A stretch of 13,467 bases of DNA from Bacillota bacterium (lineage in GTDB: Bacteria; Bacillota; Clostridia; Clostridiales; Clostridiaceae): contig JAUZPN010000085.1 in NCBI GenBank assembly GCA_030705885.1, forward strand, positions 1-13,467. Direction: 5' to 3'. The notes beneath the pieces are model-generated. The model was not told where the DNA came from, made no database searches, and saw only the letters and a program-made list of their open reading frames with translations. The translations under genes were made by a program, and so were the position numbers. Positions 1-6,946 of this stretch are shown here, one piece after another. The first letter of the stretch is position 1. Each line of letters opens with the position of its first letter.

Positions 1-1
1 A

Positions 2-1066
2 ACAGAAGTTCTTGGAATGGGACTTAAAGGTAATGGAACAATTCCAGCAGTATATTCAGAGAGAATTAAGCTTGCTAAGCATGCAGGAATGCAGATTATG
101 GATCTTGTTAATAAAGATATTAAGCCTAGAGATATCATGACAGAAGATGCGTTTAGAAATGCATTGACTATGGATATGGCTCTTGGATGCAGTACAAATA
201 GTATGCTTCATTTACCAGCAGTTGCTCATGAAGCTGGAGTTGAATTGAATATTGATATTGCTAATGAAATAAGCAGCAAGACACCTAATCTTTGTCATCT
301 TGCACCAGCAGGACATACTTATATGGAGGATTTAAATGAAGCTGGCGGAATTTATGCAGTAATGAATGAAATAAACAAATTAGGTTTATTAAAAACAGAT
401 TTAATCACATGTACAGGAAAAACAGTTGCTGAGAATATAAAGGGAGCTTATAATAAAAACCCTGAAGTTATCAGAACAGCTGAAAATCCATATAGCACAA
501 CTGGAGGCATAGCAGTTCTTAAAGGAAATCTTGCTCCAGATTCATGTGTTGTAAAGCGTTCAGCAGTAGCACCAGAAATGTTAAAGCATGAAGGACCTGC
601 TAGAGTATTTGATTGTGAAGAGGATGCACTAAATGCTATTAACACAGGTAAAATTGTTGATGGAGATGTAGTTGTAATAAGATATGAAGGTCCAAAAGGC
701 GGTCCTGGTATGAGAGAAATGCTTAATCCAACTTCTGCTATTATGGGAAGAGGTCTTGGAAGTACTGTAGCACTTATAACAGATGGACGTTTCAGCGGAG
801 CTTCAAGAGGTGCTTCTATAGGCCATGTTTCACCAGAAGCAGCAGTAGGAGGAAATATTGCTTTAGTTCAAGAAGGAGATATAATTCAAATTGACATAAC
901 AGCAAATACAATTAATTTTGTTATAAGCGATGAAGAATTAGAAAGAAGAAGATCTAAATGGAAGCCAAGACAGCCTAAAATTACTACAGGATATCTTGCA
1001 AGATATGCAGCTTTAGTAACTTCAGGTAATAGAGGAGCTATTTTAGAACTTCCAAAGAATAAATAA
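2..1066 (+). CDS. ilvD: Dihydroxy-acid dehydratase, C-terminal ~355 aa (5'-truncated by the window edge)
   Basis: The frame is open from nt 2 to the stop at 1064-1066. The translation contains IlvD/Edd family segments ([54 protein letters not shown]). A terminator hairpin follows. Confidence 0.9.
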   Translation, partial: TEVLGMGLKGNGTIPAVYSERIKLAKHAGMQIMDLVNKDIKPRDIMTEDAFRNALTMDMALGCSTNSMLHLPAVAHEAGVELNIDIANEISSKTPNLCHLAPAGHTYMEDLNEAGGIYAVMNEINKLGLLKTDLITCTGKTVAENIKGAYNKNPEVIRTAENPYSTTGGIAVLKGNLAPDSCVVKRSAVAPEMLKHEGPARVFDCEEDALNAINTGKIVDGDVVVIRYEGPKGGPGMREMLNPTSAIMGRGLGSTVALITDGRFSGASRGASIGHVSPEAAVGGNIALVQEGDIIQIDITANTINFVISDEELERRRSKWKPRQPKITTGYLARYAALVTSGNRGAILELPKNK

Positions 1067-1082
1067 AAAAATATGAAAAAAG

Positions 1083-1116
1083 AAGCTTTTCCGATGTTTT
1101 GGAAAGCTTCTTTTTA
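1083..1116. terminator. Bidirectional rho-independent terminator shared by convergent ilvD (+) and the WYL operon (-)
   Basis: AGAAGCTTTTCC / GGAAAGCTTCT inverted repeat with an 8-nt loop, flanked by an A-run on the left and a T-run on the right. It is positioned immediately after both stop codons. Confidence 0.55.
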
Positions 1117-2109
1117 TGGTATACTTTTATTTATCATACTTGAACTGAAAAGTTCTTTCTGCCTTATTAACCTTTCTTTAATTTTAATTAGAAAGCTTTC
1201 AGGACCTATTACTTTTATAACTGGACCAAAGGATAATATAGTAATTAGAAGTTCTGTTTCATCATGTTTGTCATAATAAATATAATTTATATATTTATCG
1301 CTGGTTTCATCATATTCTGTACGCTTTTCATAATTTGCAAAGTGCAGCATACATCTTTCAACAGCATTTCTTTCCTTTGATATTTCAATTACAACAGGCT
1401 CACTGCACTTGTTCATTTCTATATACTTTTCAAAGGAAATGCAGCCATCATAAATTTCTTGTGATGGTGATATAGTTGATATTCTTGAAATGTTTATTAT
1501 TGCAGAAGCTGTAATTTTACCATATTTAATTCTAACTGCATATAGTCTGAACTTATCATTTTTGCTGGAGTATTCTAATTTACAGGGTATAAAATTTCCA
1601 GTAATTCTTCCTGATTTTAAGCTTTCGAAAGAAATTGTTATAACCTTTTTGCTTTTTATTGCAGATAATATTTGATGAAAATTATTTATATAAGCTTCAT
1701 CTGAATAATTATCTCCATCACTGAAAGTATCAAAATAATAAAAGTCTTCCATATTAAATAATGGCTCAACATCTTTAAGCTGTTCTTTTAAATATTCAAT
1801 ATCATTGTTCCCTAAAAAGAGTAGTATTCTTTTGTCGGTTAACAATGCTTTTATCCAGGATTTTTCTAATATAGTTAGTGGCATTTTAATGTTACCATTT
1901 ATTTTGGAAAGATATTTATTATCGTGTTTTTCAAACAAATTCCATTCATTATTTATAAACTTTGGCAAAACATAAAAAGCACTTTCAGAGAAAGCACCAT
2001 CTTCAATAATTTTAGACATCATTTCTTCAGTAATTGGATTGTGTGCTTCTTTTAAAATGTTAGAAACAACTGTATAATAGCAACTGTAAATTTCAGAAAA
2101 TAGCTCCAT
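1114..2109 (-). CDS. HTH-WYL-WCX family transcription regulator (PafC-like paralog, 331 aa)
   Basis: It has a WYL-type core (KFRLYAVRIKYGKITASAIINISRISTI, matching the ..rwYLvay..-..FRLdRI.. pattern). The C-terminus has a WCX-like extension (ELLITILSFGPVIKVIGPESFLIKIKERLIRQKEL). The ATG lies 3 bp downstream of the stop of the upstream paralog, so translation is coupled. Confidence 0.6.
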   Translation of the reverse strand: MELFSEIYSCYYTVVSNILKEAHNPITEEMMSKIIEDGAFSESAFYVLPKFINNEWNLFEKHDNKYLSKINGNIKMPLTILEKSWIKALLTDKRILLFLGNNDIEYLKEQLKDVEPLFNMEDFYYFDTFSDGDNYSDEAYINNFHQILSAIKSKKVITISFESLKSGRITGNFIPCKLEYSSKNDKFRLYAVRIKYGKITASAIINISRISTISPSQEIYDGCISFEKYIEMNKCSEPVVIEISKERNAVERCMLHFANYEKRTEYDETSDKYINYIYYDKHDETELLITILSFGPVIKVIGPESFLIKIKERLIRQKELFSSSMINKSIP

Positions 2110-2112
2110 AGT

Positions 2113-3345
2113 TTAATCAACTCCATACATGTTAAACATTCTATTTATATCACGGTATAGCTTTTGTTCTATAGTTTTGTTTGAGCATTCAAATGAAACT
2201 ATTCTGCCAATAAAACTCTTAATCCAAGGAAGAACTTCATTTCCATCGAATACCTCCTTAGCGTATATATATAAATTAGGTTCCAGCCTTTCAACTGTAC
2301 CATTCATACCTTCGAGTTTTAACCTATTTATAATATAAGATTCAAGTTCTTCATCAATGTATAGCTTCATTTTCAATATGCTGCCTCTGGAATTGTTACC
2401 AAATGAAACCCCCCAGCATTTATCTAAATTATTATTTAATCTTGATGTATAGAGATCATAATTTTCACATTTATTAAGTATTTCAACTGATTTAATATAA
2501 TCGAGCCTGTAATTTACAAATCTCTTTCTTGCTTCATTATAAATAGCAATATACCTACGCCCGGTTCTGCTGCTTATAAATATTTTAAGTGGGATGCCTT
2601 CATATTTTAGTATCAATTCAGTTTTAATACTTTGATTGATAAAACTTATTCTTTTCTTTGTTTTTATAGCTTCTAAAATATTATAAAGAATTTTATCCTC
2701 TAAAGTATGTACAATATAATTATGTTTAAAAATAAAAATGCTGTTTTTTTCATTTTCATTAGACATAAGGTAGCTGCCAATAACTCCAAAAGGAGCAGTG
2801 CCCTGGTAATATTTTATGGCATTTAATAAAGCTTCAGAGTTTACTGATATATTTGAAATATATTGTTTTGATAAACTATAATGCAAAGCTTTACCTGTTT
2901 TGCAGGCTGTAAGAATTCCATCCTTTACATATTCATTAGCTTTTATCCTTACAGTTTGTATATCAAAACAAATATCACTTTTTTTACATATATTATTTGT
3001 AATTTCATCAGCTGTAAGACAGGAGCTTGTACTTAATGTATCCAATATATAAAAATGAAGCATTATATCATTGGAGGTAAAGCTTTTTGATCTCCAAGCA
3101 TAGTAAAAAGGGTTTTCACTTATTTTTGAACTGTCAAGGCTTATAAAAACACGCTTGCCTCCCTTAAAGTTTTCCCATTTTATATAATTTCCAAGATAAC
3201 TTTCAATTCTTCTCTTTTCATTATCATAAGTTCGGCAGCTCTTTTTTGTAAAGTCTTTTCTTGTTTTAAAACCATAAATATAAAAATCGCGCATATAATC
3301 TCTTATTTTATCAAAGTTCTTAACTAGTTCTGAAAACTCAGCCAT
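2113..3345 (-). CDS. HTH-WYL-WCX family transcription regulator with N-terminal extension (PafB-like paralog, 410 aa)
   Basis: It has a strong WYL signature (GRRYIAIYNEARKRFVNYRLDYIKSVEIL). A WCX-like C-terminus is present (LPWIKSFIGRIVSFECSNKTIEQKLYRDI). A DeoR/HTH_11-like segment is present (KKSCRTYDNEKRRIESYL; ILDTLSTSSCLTADEITNNI). An SD-like AAGGCGGTG sits 6 nt upstream of the ATG at 3345. Confidence 0.6.
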   Translation of the reverse strand: MAEFSELVKNFDKIRDYMRDFYIYGFKTRKDFTKKSCRTYDNEKRRIESYLGNYIKWENFKGGKRVFISLDSSKISENPFYYAWRSKSFTSNDIMLHFYILDTLSTSSCLTADEITNNICKKSDICFDIQTVRIKANEYVKDGILTACKTGKALHYSLSKQYISNISVNSEALLNAIKYYQGTAPFGVIGSYLMSNENEKNSIFIFKHNYIVHTLEDKILYNILEAIKTKKRISFINQSIKTELILKYEGIPLKIFISSRTGRRYIAIYNEARKRFVNYRLDYIKSVEILNKCENYDLYTSRLNNNLDKCWGVSFGNNSRGSILKMKLYIDEELESYIINRLKLEGMNGTVERLEPNLYIYAKEVFDGNEVLPWIKSFIGRIVSFECSNKTIEQKLYRDINRMFNMYGVD

Positions 3346-3411
3346 ATTTTCACCGCCTTTTTAACTAATTTGAACTAACCATCCATGATGGTGGCAGCAT
3401 AACCACGAATA

Positions 3412-3432
3412 AAAATGGTGACAAGCCATTTT
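3412..3432. promoter_or_regulatory. Candidate dimeric-regulator operator (perfect 7-N7-7 inverted repeat), proximal copy
   Basis: AAAATGGtgacaagCCATTTT lies about 65 bp upstream of the WYL operon start codon. Its centre is about 62 bp (roughly 6 helical turns) from the second copy at 3474-3494. Confidence 0.35.
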
Positions 3433-3473
3433 CTAATTAACCACCCATGTTGGCTGCAGCACAACCACGGATA

Positions 3474-3494
3474 AAAATTGCAGCAAGCTATTTT
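3474..3494. promoter_or_regulatory. Candidate operator, distal copy (imperfect inverted repeat)
   Basis: AAAATTGcagcaagCTATTTT has one arm mismatch and occupies the same position within repeat unit 2. Confidence 0.3.
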
Positions 3495-3720
3495 TTAATT
3501 AAATATTATAAGGGAAGCATAGATTATAGGTATAATTTTAGCAGTTTAGTGCAATAAAAACAATTAGTGAGTTAATTTCGCAACTTTTTTTATATGATAA
3601 AATTATTTGCTTATGGTAATATTTATCCATGGAAGGTGAGAAAAATAATTCCATAATAAAATGTTCTCTTACTATGTTTGATAACAAAGTTTTACTAAAT
3701 TATTAAAATAAGATTTTGTC

Positions 3721-3768
3721 CGATATCATTTATAAATTAAATTGAACTAAATGTGACGAGGAAAGTAT
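3721..3768 (+). repeat. Partial copy (right ~48 bp) of the ~103-bp inverted-repeat element
   Basis: cgatatcatttataaattaaattgaactaaatgtgacgaggaaagtat aligns with the right half of the copies at 5065-5167 and 8502-8604. Confidence 0.55.
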
Positions 3769-3772
3769 GATT
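3743..3772 (+). promoter_or_regulatory. Sigma-A-like promoter for rtcB embedded in the partial element (TTGAAC-N18-TATGAT)
   Basis: -35 TTGAAC is at 3743-3748, followed by an 18-bp spacer and -10 TATGAT at 3767-3772, which is 45 bp upstream of the rtcB ATG. Relative to the full copies (TGGAAC-N19), this copy has a G-to-T change that improves the -35 and a 1-bp shorter spacer. Confidence 0.4.
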
Positions 3773-3816
3773 AAATGTAGCCAAACAAAGTATACTTAAA
3801 GAAAGGAAGTGTCTAA

Positions 3817-5049
3817 ATGTTTGTTATAAACAATGAACAAACTAAAAAACCAATAAAAATATGGCTGGAAAATGAAGAAAGTTTAGAGGATACTTGTCTA
3901 GAACAAGCATATAAATTATCACAGCTGCCATTTATTCATAAATGGGTAGCACTTATGCCTGATACTCATGCTGGAATGGGTATGCCTATAGGCGGAGTAA
4001 TTGCTTGTAAAAATGTTATTATCCCAAATGCAGTAGGAGTAGATATAGGATGTGGTATGTCTTTCATTGGTACAGATATTAAAGTAGATGATATAAAAGG
4101 TATAACTACACCAAATGGAAGTTTGTTTAAAGGAATTATTGGTGATATTTTAAGAAATGTACCTGTTGGCTTTGCTCATCATAAAACAGCAAAACCATGC
4201 GATGCATTAGATAGAGCAAAAGAAGAAATGGATAAATACAAAAGTCAGCCTGAATTAACTGGTCAAATAGAGGATGGATATTTTCAGGTAGGAACTTTAG
4301 GAGGAGGAAATCATTTTATTGAAATACAGGAAGATGAAGAAGGTTGTCTTGGAATAATGCTTCATTCAGGAAGTCGTAATTTTGGTAAACGTATATGTGA
4401 TTATTTCAATAAAGCTGCTAAAGAGCTAAATGAAAAATGGTATTCTAAAGTACCTCCAGAAGATAGATTAGCTTTTCTTCCAGCAGACACAAAGGAAGGA
4501 ATTGACTATATAAACTGGATGAATCTAGCCTTAGATTTTGCAAAAGAGAATAGAGATAGTATGATGGTAGAAATAAAAAATGTTCTAGAAAAATGGATAA
4601 GTAAATATACTAAGATTAAATTTAAATATACTATAGAAGTAAACTGCCACCATAATTATGCTAGTATTGAAAACCATTATGACAGCAATGTATGGGTTCA
4701 CAGAAAAGGGGCAATAAGAGCAAGAGAAGGAGAAATTGGAATAATACCAGGGGCTATGGGGTCTTACAGCTATATTGTTATAGGTAAAGGAAATCAGGAA
4801 AGCTTCTATTCATGTTCTCATGGTGCAGGAAGACGATACTCAAGGAAAGCAGCAATGGAAAACTTTACAGTAGAACAAGTTATGCTGGATTTAAAACAGC
4901 AAAATGTTGTCCTTGGTAAAACATCTAAAAAGGATGTACCTGAGGAAAGCAGATTTGCTTATAAAGATATTGAAGAAGTAATGAAATCTCAAACAGAATT
5001 AGTTACTCCAATTAAAAGACTCAAAACATTGGGAGTGGTTAAGGGATAA
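3817..5049 (+). CDS. rtcB: RtcB family RNA 3'-phosphate (2',3'-cyclic phosphate) to 5'-OH RNA ligase, 410 aa
   Basis: Metal/GTP-site motifs of RtcB are present: DTHAGMGMPIGG, GCGMSF (Cys), GGGNHFIEIQ, HSGSRNFG, NCHHNYA, SHGAGR. Size is bacterial-type (~408 aa). RBS AAAGGAAG lies 8 nt upstream. Confidence 0.92.
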   Translation: MFVINNEQTKKPIKIWLENEESLEDTCLEQAYKLSQLPFIHKWVALMPDTHAGMGMPIGGVIACKNVIIPNAVGVDIGCGMSFIGTDIKVDDIKGITTPNGSLFKGIIGDILRNVPVGFAHHKTAKPCDALDRAKEEMDKYKSQPELTGQIEDGYFQVGTLGGGNHFIEIQEDEEGCLGIMLHSGSRNFGKRICDYFNKAAKELNEKWYSKVPPEDRLAFLPADTKEGIDYINWMNLALDFAKENRDSMMVEIKNVLEKWISKYTKIKFKYTIEVNCHHNYASIENHYDSNVWVHRKGAIRAREGEIGIIPGAMGSYSYIVIGKGNQESFYSCSHGAGRRYSRKAAMENFTVEQVMLDLKQQNVVLGKTSKKDVPEESRFAYKDIEEVMKSQTELVTPIKRLKTLGVVKG

Positions 5050-5064
5050 TATATTTATTATAAG

Positions 5065-5167
5065 TATACTATCCTCGGTCACAAAGTTCCAATAAATTTC
5101 CAAAAGAAGCTTCACCTCGCTATCATTTACAAATTAATTGGAACTAAATGTGTCCGAGGAAAGTATA
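5065..5167 (+). mobile_element. ~103-bp MITE-like element with imperfect 19-bp terminal inverted repeats, copy B
   Basis: TIRs are TATACTATCCTCGGTCACA ... TGTGTCCGAGGAAAGTATA. A nested inner inverted repeat is present (AGTTCCAATAAATT ... AATTAATTGGAACT). It is about 93% identical to the copy at 8502-8604. The right end carries TGGAAC-N19-TATAAA, an outward promoter-like module. Confidence 0.55.
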
Positions 5168-5330
5168 AATAAGATTATTACAGATTTGACAAGTGTCATC
5201 TGTTTAATATAACTGAAATTTTTTATGCTAAGGCTTATGATGCCTTGCGGTGCTTGAGTCTATGACGATAAAGTATACCGAAATTTCAGGTTTTGTTGTG
5301 AATGACGAAGGTTCGATTCCTTTATTGCCA

Positions 5331-5403
5331 TGTGCAATTAGCTCAGAGGTAGAGCATCACCAGATTAAATTGGATTTTGGAGGTTCGAATCCCCCACAAA
5401 GAC
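5331..5403 (+). ncRNA. tRNA-like element: canonical D-arm and T-arm, degenerate anticodon and acceptor regions (tRNA mimic or tRNA-Lys/Asn-derived pseudogene)
   Basis: The D-arm GCTC-AGAGGTA-GAGC is at 5341-5355, preceded by T8-A9. The T-arm GGAGG-TTCGAAT-CCCCC is at 5379-5395 with one stem mismatch. The anticodon-arm position (TCACC-AGATTAA-ATTGG) cannot form a 5-bp stem. The 5' and 3' acceptor strands are not complementary, and there is no encoded CCA. The anticodon-arm 3' half resembles tRNA-Lys(UUU) (TCAATTGG vs TAAATTGG). A further T-arm-like fragment (GAAGG-TTCGATT-CCTTT, 5308-5324) and a GC-rich 5-bp hairpin (AAGGC-ttatgat-GCCTT, 5230-5246) lie upstream. Confidence 0.5.
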
Positions 5404-5418
5404 TTTCCCGTCTTTTTT
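5398..5418 (+). terminator. Small rho-independent terminator closing the tRNA-like transcription unit
   Basis: AAAGAC-tttccc-GTCTTT is followed by TTT. The stem is weak and AT-rich. Confidence 0.35.
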
Positions 5419-5462
5419 AATATTTTAATACCTATGAACGCAGCCTGCTGTGTTTATAACAT

Positions 5463-5482
5463 AACTGCAGCCTGCAGTTTTT
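5463..5482 (+). terminator. Second terminator-like hairpin (AACTGC-agcct-GCAGTT + TTTTT)
   Basis: The hairpin contains two PstI palindromes (CTGCAGCCTGCAG) followed by a T-run. It is preceded by a near-duplicate GCAGCCTGCTG motif at 5441-5452. Confidence 0.3.
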
Positions 5483-5709
5483 AAGATATCACTGTTTGTA
5501 TTTTACTTTCATTTCTTAGGCAGAAATCTTAATTTATACTATGTTTAGTCATGAAATTTCAATAAATTTCAGCTATACATAGTACAATTAGATAACATAA
5601 GGAACCAAAGTAATTTACAACAGCTCAATTTAAACTCCGCTTCAGTTATGTGGTATTAAGATATAGTTCTAAGCTATAAATTAAAGTATCTAAAAAGGGG
5701 TTGTTAAAG

Positions 5710-6810
5710 ATGGATCATATTATAAATGAAAATCAGAGAGGTTATTTGTTTAGAAATGGATGCTTTGTAAAACTATTATCATCAGGAAAATACAACTTTC
5801 CAAGATTTCTTGGATATAGAGTTGAAAGTGCATTGATAAACGATGAAGCTATTTCAGCAAGTGTTAATATAAATGTACTCTTAAAAGATAAATTATTTTC
5901 AAAAAGCATAACTAGTATAATGGTGGTTGATAACAAAATAGCTGTTCACTTTATAAATGGAAGAATAAAAAATATATTGCAGAGCGGAGAGTATTATTTC
6001 TGGAATATTTTTAATAAGCATACTTTTGAAATAATTGATATGTCAAGTACTGAAGTTTCAAAGGAAATAGATAGAACAATTTTTAATTATATTCCTATAA
6101 AGTATTATACAAAAATAATAGTACCTGATGGACAAAAAGCAATATTATATTTTGATGGAAAGCTTAACAAAGAACTTAGCTGTGGCACTTATTTTTACTG
6201 GAATGTTAAAGAACAAGTATCATATCAGCTTGTAGATATGAGGCTTCAGCAACTTGAAATTTCAGGGCAGGAAATATTAACTACAGATAAGGTAAGTCTT
6301 AGAATCAATTTTAACTGCATTTATAGAATAAAGAATGCTGTTAAAATATTATCTGAAATAAGAGATTATAAGGTTCAGATTTACAGTCTTATTCAGCTTG
6401 TTCTTAGAGAATATGTTGGAGGCTTTAAATTTGATGAGCTTTTAGATCAAAAGGAAGAAATTGCAGCATTTGTGCTTACTAAATTGAAAGAAAAACAGGA
6501 TGAATATTTTATAGAATTTACTACTGCAGGTATAAAGGATATTATACTTCCAGGCGAAATTAAAGAAATTATGAATACAGTACTTATTGCAGAAAAGACA
6601 GCACAGGCAAATGTAATAACAAGGCGTGAAGAGGTTGCATCTACTAGAAGCCTTTTAAATACTGCAAAGCTTATGGATGAAAACAAAACTCTATACAAGC
6701 TCAAGGAAATGGAGTATATTCAAAAAATATGTGATAAGGTTGGAAGTATATCATTAGGCGGCGGAGAAAATCTCTTGAACCAGCTTAACGAATTGCTGTG
6801 CCAGAAATAA
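5710..6810 (+). CDS. SPFH/band-7 domain protein (YdjI/COG4260-like) with a triplicated N-terminal beta-repeat
   Basis: The central region resembles the SPFH fold (QEILTTDKVSLRINFNCIYRIKNAVKILSEIRDYKVQIYSLIQLVLREYVGGFKFDELL), followed by a coiled-coil-like tail. Three N-terminal repeats match G-x-Y-x-F/Y-W-N...VE/D (res 29-45, 95-112, 161-178). I chose the ATG at 5710 with GGGG 9 nt upstream. The ORF track begins at TTG 5701. Confidence 0.65.
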   Translation: MDHIINENQRGYLFRNGCFVKLLSSGKYNFPRFLGYRVESALINDEAISASVNINVLLKDKLFSKSITSIMVVDNKIAVHFINGRIKNILQSGEYYFWNIFNKHTFEIIDMSSTEVSKEIDRTIFNYIPIKYYTKIIVPDGQKAILYFDGKLNKELSCGTYFYWNVKEQVSYQLVDMRLQQLEISGQEILTTDKVSLRINFNCIYRIKNAVKILSEIRDYKVQIYSLIQLVLREYVGGFKFDELLDQKEEIAAFVLTKLKEKQDEYFIEFTTAGIKDIILPGEIKEIMNTVLIAEKTAQANVITRREEVASTRSLLNTAKLMDENKTLYKLKEMEYIQKICDKVGSISLGGGENLLNQLNELLCQK

Positions 6811-6862
6811 ACAGGATATCTTAAATATTTTTAATTGTATAAGCTGATTAAAAAATCTCATG

Positions 6863-6891
6863 TTGAAGTAATCACACATAAGTTGTAGAAT
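6863..6891 (+). promoter_or_regulatory. Candidate promoter for the CPBP gene (TTGAAG-N17-TAGAAT)
   Basis: The hexamers were read from the sequence. GTGAGGT RBS lies 7 nt before ATG 6947. Confidence 0.3.
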
Positions 6892-6946
6892 AATTATATA
6901 TAATTCAAATGGTATAAATAAAATTTATTTTAAGTGAGGTTAATAT

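Larger units (their letters stand above)
3374..3494. repeat. Two tandem imperfect 59-bp direct repeats (3374-3432 and 3436-3494, ~80% identity) in the divergent WYL-operon/rtcB control region
   Basis: Direct alignment gives AACYAWCCATGWTGGYKGCAGCAYAACCACGRATAAAAATKG-N7-CYATTTT. Each unit ends in an inverted repeat: AAAATGG-tgacaag-CCATTTT (3412-3432, perfect 7-bp arms) and AAAATTG-cagcaag-CTATTTT (3474-3494). Confidence 0.7.

Noticed and set aside
448-645. 65-aa minus-strand ORF inside ilvD
   Set aside because: It lies entirely antisense within a well-supported CDS, has no RBS and has a low-complexity translation. It is spurious.
1073-1276. 67-aa plus-strand ORF overlapping the 3' end of the WYL gene
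   Set aside because: It overlaps the terminator hairpin and is antisense to a better-supported CDS. The hydrophobic translation is an AT-rich frame artefact.
1490-2338. 61-aa (1490-1675) and 69-aa (2129-2338) plus-strand ORFs
   Set aside because: Both are antisense to the WYL genes, with no start context. They are spurious.
3629-3706. 25-aa ORF (MEGEKNNSIIKCSLTMFDNKVLLNY) in the WYL/rtcB intergenic region
   Set aside because: It has no Shine-Dalgarno sequence and no recognisable leader-peptide logic. It is probably chance in AT-rich DNA.
1114-3816. Retron (ncRNA + RT) interpretation of the structured repeats upstream of the two minus-strand genes
   Set aside because: Neither protein shows reverse-transcriptase motifs such as YxDD. 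Both instead carry WYL/WCX signatures.
5331-5403. Calling this a bona fide tRNA gene
   Set aside because: The D- and T-arms are canonical. But the anticodon stem gives at most 3 bp, position 33 is not U, and no 7-bp acceptor pairing exists. It is reported as tRNA-like or a pseudogene instead.
5290-5410. tmRNA (ssrA) interpretation of the GGTTCGA-containing region
   Set aside because: A tmRNA needs a roughly 350-nt body with a tag ORF and pseudoknots and a GGGG...CCACCA acceptor. The region is only ~110 nt and has no paired 5'/3' ends.
5742-6704. 64-aa and 85-aa minus-strand ORFs inside the SPFH gene
   Set aside because: Both are antisense to a CDS with clear domain content, with no RBS.
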